This document shows positions 37,469 through 44,479 of a stretch of 44,479 nt of DNA, piece after piece. The position numbers were made by a program, and so were the translations under genes. The DNA is from Candidatus Eiseniibacteriota bacterium (GTDB lineage Bacteria > Eisenbacteria > RBG-16-71-46): contig JANLWX010000066.1 in assembly GCA_031364845.1 (NCBI GenBank), positions 1-44,479 of the forward strand, written 5' to 3'. The first letter of the stretch is position 1. Each line of letters starts with the position of its first letter. The notes below the pieces were generated by a model. It made no database searches. It was not told where the DNA came from and saw only the letters and a list, made by a program, of their open reading frames with translations.

Positions 37469-38667
37469 GAAGCCCCGCCTGTTGCCGGCACGTGTGCCGC
37501 GGGCCGGCGGGATTCGACGACGACTGCGGAATGCGCCTCGGTGACAGGCGGTGCCGCAACATTCCACGGCAGCCGCACGGTCACTCGAGCGCCTCCGCCG
37601 GCGCGGTCCTCGCACGTCAGGCTCGCCGCGGTGCCGTAAAGGTGTTCGAGGCGCATGCGCGTGTTCTCGAGCCCGAGCCCATGGCCTTCCGAGCGTTCGC
37701 CGCCCGTCACGAATCCGGGGCCCGTGTCCTCGACCCGCAGTTCGAGCACGTCGCCGTCGCGCATCGCCCGGATCGCGACGCGTCCAGGTCCCGCGCGCCG
37801 GCCGATGCCGTGCTCGAGCGCGTTCTCCACCAGCGGCTGCAGGATCAGGCTCGGCACCCGGGCTGCGAGCACTTCGCCCGGAACCTCGCGCTCGATCGTG
37901 AGCCGGGCGCCGAAGCGCACCTGCTGGATCTCGAAGTAGCGGTCGAGGAAGCGCATCTCGGACTCCACCGTGCCCTGATCGCCCGGCGTTTCGTCGAGCA
38001 CGATGCGCAGCAGTTCGCTCAACGCGCGGATGGTCGTGAGCAGCTGCTCGCGGTCGCCGGTGAGCGCCAGCGCGTGCACGGCGTTCAGTGTGTTGAACAG
38101 GAAGTGCGGATGGAGCTGGGCCTTCAGCGCCTGCAGCCGCGCCTCGGCGAGCCCCGCGCGCAGCTCCGACTCCGCGCGTTCACGCGCCCGCAGTTCGTCC
38201 TGGTGGCGCGCGAAGTGCGCGACGCCGACCAGCCCGCCGAACAGCAGGAAGTCGGCGACCGCGTGGCGCATCAGGAAGTAGCGGAAGTAGCGTTCGAGCG
38301 TGCTGCCGGGATGCCTCAGGGTCTCGGCGAGCGCCGAGCTGCCGAGATGCAGCACGACGAACACGACCCCGGCCACAACGTAGAGCGGGATGGCGTGACG
38401 CGCGCGGTGGCGATCGAGACGCACCGCCCGGGAGAACGCGAACACCAGCGGCACCAGGATGCTGAACGCGAGCCACGAGGGCAGCGTGCGCGCGAACGCC
38501 TCCGGCCAGAACAGGAAGCCCGGCATGTTGCCGTAATAGAAGCGGCCCTGGGCCGCTTCGAGGATGGCGAGGCCGAGGGCAATGGCGAGCACCAGCAGCG
38601 CGCGCTTGAGGCGGCGGGCGCGTGGCGGAGGCTCGGAGGCGGCCAGGTACGGAGTGGGATCGGGCAC
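37465..38667 (-). CDS. LytS/YehU-type membrane sensor histidine kinase
   Basis: Four TM helices, LKAQLHPHFLFNTLN, RFG.RL, LQPLVENALEHG, DTGPG, GLGLEN. Confidence 0.93.
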   Translation of the reverse strand: MPDPTPYLAASEPPPRARRLKRALLVLAIALGLAILEAAQGRFYYGNMPGFLFWPEAFARTLPSWLAFSILVPLVFAFSRAVRLDRHRARHAIPLYVVAGVVFVVLHLGSSALAETLRHPGSTLERYFRYFLMRHAVADFLLFGGLVGVAHFARHQDELRARERAESELRAGLAEARLQALKAQLHPHFLFNTLNAVHALALTGDREQLLTTIRALSELLRIVLDETPGDQGTVESEMRFLDRYFEIQQVRFGARLTIEREVPGEVLAARVPSLILQPLVENALEHGIGRRAGPGRVAIRAMRDGDVLELRVEDTGPGFVTGGERSEGHGLGLENTRMRLEHLYGTAASLTCEDRAGGGARVTVRLPWNVAAPPVTEAHSAVVVESRRPAAHVPATGGAS

Positions 38668-38871
38668 GGTCCAAGTGTCGCACGGCCCGAAGCCTCAGCG
38701 CATGCGCTTCGTCACCGCGGATTGCGGGCGGTCACGCGCGGTCGCGGCGGCCGGATACACGTACGCCCCCGCCGGACAAGGCCGGAACGGGGGCGACGCA
38801 TGCCACGCAGAACATCGCGCGCGGCTTTTCCAAGGTGGCGTGCCGAAGGTATCGGCGGCTCGCCGGAGCTT

Positions 38872-39636
38872 CTAGAGCTTCGGGAGTTGAAACTTGAAGT
38901 CGGGGTTCAGCTGGCGGATCTCGCCGACCACGCGTTCGAGGTTCTGCTCCGCCTCGCGCGTCGGCTCGGACTTCCACACGCTGTAGAGCTCGAGCAGTTC
39001 GTCCTGCTTCACGCGCAGCATTTCCTGCTGCTGGTGCTCGTCGATCGAGCGCTCGAGGTGATAGACCTCGCCGCTCGACAGCCGCTTCATGAGATCGAGG
39101 TACTCGCCGCGCATGTGCGAGAGGATCTTGATGTACTTCTCGAATCCCACCGACAGCTTTTCGAGCACTTCCGAGACGCCCACGTTCTTGCGGTGCATCT
39201 GCTGACTGTAGGAGTAGGCGAAGTGGTAGTACGTCTTGCCGCGGCCGATGTAAGCCTCTTCGCTCGGCTGATGCTTCGGGCGGTGCGACTCGGCCGCGTT
39301 CGCGTTGTCGAAGATCCCGATCGAGACCAGCAGGAAGTCCGCGTTGGTCTTGTAGATCAGGTACTTGAGACGCGCGTCGTCGGAGTTCGACAGCCGGCGG
39401 AAGACGTCGGTGTCGTACTTCGAGAGGAACTTCTTCGACTGCTCGACATAGTCGGGGTTGATGAACGAGTGCAGCAGGTGCGCCAGATACACGTTCACGT
39501 CTTCGTCGTAGAAATCCTGATTCGAGACGAGTCCGGTTTCCATCCTGCTGTAGAGCAGGCAGTTGATCATGAAGTAGTACGTGGGCTGCAGCTCGCGGCT
39601 CGTGTCCTTCAGATCTACGTAATGACGCGGATTCAT
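38872..39636 (-). CDS. Conserved hypothetical all-helical cytoplasmic protein
   Basis: Strong GC3 coding pattern; VYLAHLL, ADFLLVSIGIF, YIGRGKTYY; start re-called at ATG 39636. Confidence 0.8.
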   Translation of the reverse strand: MNPRHYVDLKDTSRELQPTYYFMINCLLYSRMETGLVSNQDFYDEDVNVYLAHLLHSFINPDYVEQSKKFLSKYDTDVFRRLSNSDDARLKYLIYKTNADFLLVSIGIFDNANAAESHRPKHQPSEEAYIGRGKTYYHFAYSYSQQMHRKNVGVSEVLEKLSVGFEKYIKILSHMRGEYLDLMKRLSSGEVYHLERSIDEHQQQEMLRVKQDELLELYSVWKSEPTREAEQNLERVVGEIRQLNPDFKFQLPKL

Positions 39637-39702
39637 GAGGCACCCTCTTCTACGTCGCCGTTCCGGCCGCGAGATGCGGGCCGGGCTGTCGCAGACGATG
39701 AG

Positions 39703-39718
39703 AGCATCGCGCGTGCCA
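39703..39718 (-). promoter_or_regulatory. Putative sigma-54 promoter
   Basis: TGGCACG-CGCG-ATGCT on the minus strand, about 67 bp upstream of ATG 39636. Confidence 0.6.
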
Positions 39719-40108
39719 TGGGTCGCGATTTCCCCCAAGTGCGTGCCAGCCGCACGATGGCACGTAGCTGCCGGCGTTACGGGCCAATCGCGAACCTCCG
39801 TTTTGGCTGTGACTTGGTGTCGGCTGACTCAGGCGCCGGGTTGCCCGACCCGATTCCAGGGGACGTGCGAAGGGGTTGTCCGGCATGGCCCGGAGACCCT
39901 CACCAGCGTCGCCCCGACGCGCCAACTCGCAATGGGTTTGTGCGGGAGTCGCGACGGTGTGTGGCGTCCGTGCGTTGCAGCGCCATTGATGCCAGTCGAA
40001 TAGCGGTGGAAGGGCGAAACGCGATCGGCGTTGCGGACTGCATGCCGCCCGTGTTCCTCTGGGGACGCGTCGCCACCCGCCGCCGCCCGCGAGCGGGTAT
40101 CACCTCCG

Positions 40109-40124
40109 GGGCATGTGTCTTGCG
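40109..40124 (+). promoter_or_regulatory. Putative sigma-54 promoter of the chemosensory-like operon
   Basis: GGGCATG-TGTC-TTGCG, GG-N10-GC, about 66 bp upstream of ATG 40190. Confidence 0.5.
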
Positions 40125-40189
40125 AAACCACCAACCGTGAAGCCATTCCGAGCAGCATCCCGCGCCGCACTCCATTCGTCCTTCGCCAC

Positions 40190-41668
40190 ATGACCGATTC
40201 CACGGGTACGAGCCGCGTCCCCAGGGAACCGGACACGCGTTCGCGCGGCGGACTCCGGTCACGTCTGTGGATCGGAGCGCTGGGCGGGGTCGTGGTCGCC
40301 GTGGGCGGGCTCGCATGGGTGCTCCTGAGTCCGGACCGCGAGCGTGTTCCCATCGGGGCCACGCTCGAGCTTCGCCTGGGGCTCGTCGCCCTGGCCGCGA
40401 CGGTGGTGTCGATCTGGCTCGGATGGTGGCTCGATCGTGGCATCGTCGCCCGTGTGCGGCGCGTGACCGCAAGTGTTCGCGCGAACGACGCGACGGCGCT
40501 GCATGACCCACACGCAGGGACGGGTTGGGGTGAACTTGCCGATCTCAGAAACCACGTGAGCGCTTTGATCACCCGCTACCGCCAGGCCGCGCGCGCCGCC
40601 GACCAGCTCCAGATCTCGGAGCGCCAGGCCGACTCCGCGCGCCAGACCATCCTCCATTGGATCGAGACCGAACGCTGGGCGGCGCTGCCTCCGGGCATCG
40701 GCGCGCTCCACGGACTGTCCGAGGCGCTCAACCGCGGCTTCCAGCGCCAGATCGAAGTGCACGAGCAGAATCAGGAAGCCGCGCGCCAGGTGCAGGCCGA
40801 ACTCGCGACCGCGGCGACCGATGCCCGCGAGTCCGCCGAGCAGGCCGAGCGCGGTTTCGTCGAGGCGACGTCGCTGCTCACGACGGTGCGCGAGCTGGAG
40901 CGGCTCGGCGGCGAACTGACACTGACGCTCGGTGCGCGGGCCGCGACCGAACGCGACACCGCGGCCGCGCGAGAATGGGTGCAGCCGGTGTCCGAGGCGA
41001 TCCGCGAGCTGGTCGATGCCGCGACGAGCACGGTCGACGATCTCGCGACGAGCCTCGATCAGGTCCAGGAGCTTTCCGATCAGGTGCAGGTGCTCGGCAA
41101 TCGCGCGACCATGATCGCGCTGAATGCCGTGCTCGCCGCGCGGCGCTCCGAAGGCGGTCCCGCGCCCGCCGAAGACTTGAAGCCGCTCGCGCGTGAAGCG
41201 CGGATTGCGACCGACCGCGCGCAGGTGCTCGCCCGCGAAGTGCAGGCCCGCGTGGCCTCCGCCCATGAGCGCATGAAGGGCGTGCGCGAACGCGTCGCCG
41301 AACGCCTCGCGCGCCTCGATGTTCCGCGCGCCACCGAAACGCCGTTCAGTCCCGACATGCTGCGCGCGCTCGATCGCGTGCGCGAGATGGTCACCGACGC
41401 CGCGCGCAAAGCCGAACGCCTCTCGGCGGCCGGCGAGCGTTCGTCACGCGCGGCCGATCGCCTGGTGCGCCGGCTCGAAGATGAAGTCCGCGATGTCGAA
41501 GGTCTGGTCGTGCGTCTGTCGCCGCCGCCGAGCGGGGATTCGCGTTCGGGCAGCCGCTACGACCATCCCGGGCCGCTACGGTTGGACGTAATCGATTTGG
41601 ACGCTTCCGCGCATCACCATGACTTGGACCTCGATGCGCGCCGGGACACCGGCGAGGAGCGCTCGTGA
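40190..41668 (+). CDS. Degenerate methyl-accepting chemotaxis-like membrane protein
   Basis: Two TM helices with a very short loop, HAMP-like segment, long coiled coil, eroded tip motif LGNRATMIALNAVLAARR; start re-called at ATG 40190. Confidence 0.65.
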   Translation: MTDSTGTSRVPREPDTRSRGGLRSRLWIGALGGVVVAVGGLAWVLLSPDRERVPIGATLELRLGLVALAATVVSIWLGWWLDRGIVARVRRVTASVRANDATALHDPHAGTGWGELADLRNHVSALITRYRQAARAADQLQISERQADSARQTILHWIETERWAALPPGIGALHGLSEALNRGFQRQIEVHEQNQEAARQVQAELATAATDARESAEQAERGFVEATSLLTTVRELERLGGELTLTLGARAATERDTAAAREWVQPVSEAIRELVDAATSTVDDLATSLDQVQELSDQVQVLGNRATMIALNAVLAARRSEGGPAPAEDLKPLAREARIATDRAQVLAREVQARVASAHERMKGVRERVAERLARLDVPRATETPFSPDMLRALDRVREMVTDAARKAERLSAAGERSSRAADRLVRRLEDEVRDVEGLVVRLSPPPSGDSRSGSRYDHPGPLRLDVIDLDASAHHHDLDLDARRDTGEERS

Positions 41669-43275
41669 ACCCGCAGCCGCCTGCCAACGAGATCGTCCGC
41701 ATGCTCACGATCGCGGTGCGCCACGCGCTCGAGCCCACGAATGCCCTGGGCATTCCGGCCGCGCGCGACGTCGCCCAGATCCTCGGATTCGACGGACTCG
41801 ACCGCGCGCTCAGCGTGTGGCGCGCGAAGGATCCCGGCACCGAAGCGATCGCCGCGCGACTTCAGATGTTGTGCGAGCGCAGCGAATCCGAAGGCACGAT
41901 CGAACCCTTCATCGCCGCCGACGCCGATCTCGGCCGGCTGGCTGTGGAATGCGGTTCGGTGGTCGAAGGCGAACCCGGACTTCCCGCTGAAGGCACACTC
42001 GGCGCGATCGATGCGCTCGGCGATCTGCGGCTGGACGACGACGCCTCGCGCGCCGCCGCGAGCCGGGTGCGGTTGTCGCCGCAGGTGTCGGCGGCGTTGC
42101 GTGCCGCGATCGACTGGCTGTGCGAAGGCGGAGAACAGCCGGGCGGCGCGCGACTGCGCACCGAAGACTCGGCACTCGAACTGACGTGTCCGAACGTGAA
42201 CCCCGCCGGCCTCGCCGCCGCGGGCAAAGTGCTGGCCGCCGTCGGTGGCAATCTTGGTCCCGCGGGTTCGCCGCGCGGTGGCGCGGGAGCGTGGGTGATG
42301 CGCGTGCCGATCGTCACCACGCGCGAGACGTTCCTCATGGTTTCGCAGGGCGGGCTCGATCTCGCGCTGCCGTGGCATGCCGTGCTGCGCGTGACGATGG
42401 CGTCGCGCGCGACGTTCGATGCGAGCGTCGGCACGCTGGGTCATCCGGTCATTGCTCCGATGGCGCCGCTCTCGAGCGCCGAGACCGAATATCCGATCAT
42501 TCTCGTTGCCCACGGATTGCGGCGCGCGTACTTCGTCGCCGATCGTCTGGTGTGGCGCCTGCCGGCTGAAACGATCGAACACGGTCCCGACCCGCGAGCG
42601 CCCGGTCATTCACGTTGTGTGCGCACCGAAGGTGGCGCGATCTATCGTGTCGCCGATCCCGCGCGGATGCTGGAAAACGTTCCGCCGATCGCGCTGCCCG
42701 AGTTCGAGCCGGTGGCGGCAGCCGTTCACGACGATATTCCGGTGAGCCAACCGACGAAGGATGCGCACGAACCCGCGCCCGCGATGCACTCGGGAGCGAC
42801 GGCCACGGCGCTCGCCGAAGACACCGTCTTCGAAGCGGCTCCGCACGCCGAGCCCGTCTCAACCCCGATGCTCGATGCCGCACGCGTAATGCCGCTGCCG
42901 TTGCGCGCGCTGATCGCGGAGGACTCGATCTCGGCGCGCCTCGGACTCGCTCAGATGCTCGAAGGACACGGTCTCGAAGTGCACGCGGTCGGCACCGCCG
43001 CGGAATTGTTCGAAGCGCTCGAAAACGGGCCGTGGGCGATCGTGTGCGTCGATGCGGAACTGCCCGACGGCCATGGCGTCGAATTGCTGAGCGAGGCGCG
43101 CGACCGCGCCCGCGAACTGGATGAAGGCGTCGAGATCGTGGCGCTCGTGCGCGACGGGGCCGAAGAAGCGCTCGCGATCGAGGCGCTGATCGTGCGCTCG
43201 CTCCACAAACCTTGCAGCCGTACGGCGGTCGCGCGACTGGTCGCGGACCTCGGTCTCGAATCGGAGAACTCATGA
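41665..43275 (+). CDS. Degenerate CheA-like hybrid (eroded Hpt/HATPase, CheW-like domain, C-terminal receiver)
   Basis: A..LGF..L, VGGNL...GAWVMRVPI, FLMVSQGGLDLALPWHAV...YFVADRLV, REC ALIAEDS...VCVDAELPDGHG...HKP. Confidence 0.65.
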   Translation: MNPQPPANEIVRMLTIAVRHALEPTNALGIPAARDVAQILGFDGLDRALSVWRAKDPGTEAIAARLQMLCERSESEGTIEPFIAADADLGRLAVECGSVVEGEPGLPAEGTLGAIDALGDLRLDDDASRAAASRVRLSPQVSAALRAAIDWLCEGGEQPGGARLRTEDSALELTCPNVNPAGLAAAGKVLAAVGGNLGPAGSPRGGAGAWVMRVPIVTTRETFLMVSQGGLDLALPWHAVLRVTMASRATFDASVGTLGHPVIAPMAPLSSAETEYPIILVAHGLRRAYFVADRLVWRLPAETIEHGPDPRAPGHSRCVRTEGGAIYRVADPARMLENVPPIALPEFEPVAAAVHDDIPVSQPTKDAHEPAPAMHSGATATALAEDTVFEAAPHAEPVSTPMLDAARVMPLPLRALIAEDSISARLGLAQMLEGHGLEVHAVGTAAELFEALENGPWAIVCVDAELPDGHGVELLSEARDRARELDEGVEIVALVRDGAEEALAIEALIVRSLHKPCSRTAVARLVADLGLESENS

Positions 43276-44479
43276 CGCTGCCCATCGCCCGCGCCGAAGC
43301 CGAGCCGCTGATCCTGGTCGTCGACGACGACCGCCGCGTGCGTGAACTGCTCGAGATCGCCTTCACCGCCCACGGCTACCGTGTCATCACCGCGAGCGAC
43401 GGCGAAGAAGCCGTGCGCCGGGCACTCGCCGAGCGTCCCGACCTGGTCGTGCTCGACGTGCGACTGCCGAAGCGCAGCGGACTCGAAGTGTGCGAAGCGC
43501 TGCGCAATGATCCGGCCGGCGCACAGATTCCGATTGTGCTGGTGTCGGCGGCGGTCGAGAACGAAACGCGCCTGCAGGGATTCACGCGCGGCGCGGACGA
43601 CTACCTCGTGAAGCCGTTCTCGCCCCGCGAATTGCTCGCGCGCGTGAAACGCCTGCTCGCCCGCTCCAAGGACCTTCGCACCACGCGCGACCGTCTCGAT
43701 GAAGTCGAACATTCGCTGGCGCGCGCGAACGAAGATTCGCGCCGCGCGCAACTCGAAGCCGACCGCGCGCGCGAACTGCGGGATCTGGCGATGCGTCTCG
43801 GCTCCGATCTCCATAGAACGCGCGACCTCGACGCGCTCGCCGAGCGGCTGCTGCGCGCGGTGCAAGCCCAGGTCCAGGTACCGGTGATGGCGCTGCTCAT
43901 GCGTGACGGTGACGGCCTCGTGCCCTACGCCGTGCGTGGCGATCAGTTCGATCGCGTCGCAGGGCTCGGCGTGAAGGCCGGCGGCGAACTCGGTCGGATG
44001 CTCGCCGCACTCGCCCGGCCCGCCTACCGCCATCAGCTCGAGCGCCTGCCCGAATTGACGGACGAACTGCGCGCCTTCGGCGCCGCGCGCTTCGACCTGC
44101 TGATCCCGGTGCGCGGCGAACACGGGCTCGAAGCGCTGGTAGTACTGGAAGAACTTCACGGCCAGGCGCCGCCCAACCGCGCGGCCATCGAATCGCTCGA
44201 AGCGCTGTGCAGCATCGCCGCGATCGCGGTGGCACACGCGGTGCGCGATCGCGCGACCGCGGCACTCTCGGTTCAGTTCGCCGCCGGCCCCGCGACTCCG
44301 GCAGCAGTCGAAGCCGCCGAAATTCTCTCTCGCGCCGTCCGGTTCGTTCCGTTGCCGCCGCGCTTCGAAAGCATGGTCCGCATCGCCGTACGAATGGGCC
44401 GCCGCGAGCCCGAAGCTCAGGCCGCGCTGTTCGAGCAGGTCACGGCACTCGATGCGACCGGATTCGTCGCCGACCTCGA
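43272..44479 (+). CDS. Response regulator (REC + coiled coil + GAF-like), truncated by the window end
   Basis: Absent from the ORF track because there is no stop in the window; translates MTLPIARAEAEPLILVVDDD...LVVLDVRLPKRSG...GADDYLVKPF; ATGA overlap with the upstream gene. Confidence 0.85.
   Translation, partial: MTLPIARAEAEPLILVVDDDRRVRELLEIAFTAHGYRVITASDGEEAVRRALAERPDLVVLDVRLPKRSGLEVCEALRNDPAGAQIPIVLVSAAVENETRLQGFTRGADDYLVKPFSPRELLARVKRLLARSKDLRTTRDRLDEVEHSLARANEDSRRAQLEADRARELRDLAMRLGSDLHRTRDLDALAERLLRAVQAQVQVPVMALLMRDGDGLVPYAVRGDQFDRVAGLGVKAGGELGRMLAALARPAYRHQLERLPELTDELRAFGAARFDLLIPVRGEHGLEALVVLEELHGQAPPNRAAIESLEALCSIAAIAVAHAVRDRATAALSVQFAAGPATPAAVEAAEILSRAVRFVPLPPRFESMVRIAVRMGRREPEAQAALFEQVTALDATGFVADL

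Noticed and set aside
39737..39775. Extra TGGCAC motifs as sigma-54 sites
   Set aside because: The GG-to-GC spacing is not 10 nt
37492..40140. 882-aa plus-strand ORF, and similar long antisense ORFs (33078..34718, 34950..36746, 25974..27314, 30297..31607)
   Set aside because: They lie opposite well-supported genes; long stop-free shadows are expected at this GC content

Overview
High-GC bacterial chromosomal window with about 30 genes. Three secreted proteins end in FlgD-Ig/T9SS-CTD-like tails, which points to a non-Bacteroidota FCB-type lineage such as Ca. Eisenbacteria (inference). Left to right: (1) a minus-strand envelope operon (DUF4159, DUF4175-like coiled coil, TPR protein, GATase-like hypothetical); (2) a TIM-barrel sugar-phosphate isomerase and a large modular PQQ/GSDH-type secreted protein; (3) divergent from these, a tightly coupled biosynthetic operon at 13240-21134, possibly extending to 23715; (4) a dimethylformamidase-beta-like protein, a CBM9/DUF5916 protein, a lipoprotein and secF/secD; (5) an outer-membrane beta-barrel, a 121-bp MITE-like element and guaB; (6) an FG-GAP/ASPIC-UnbV protein with a LytS/LytTR two-component pair; (7) a conserved hypothetical gene and a divergent, strongly degenerate chemosensory-like operon that runs off the window end. 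The operon in (3) encodes an SDR epimerase fused to a DHQS-superfamily sugar-phosphate cyclase, a ROK kinase, a SAM methyltransferase, a GT4, a cupin, a nucleotidyltransferase with a Nudix-like tail and a GH4-like enzyme. It is the best candidate for an undescribed system, a C7-cyclitol (carbasugar) or pseudo-glycoside pathway. The pseudo-chemosensory operon is second. All family calls come from motif recognition by eye; no searches were run.
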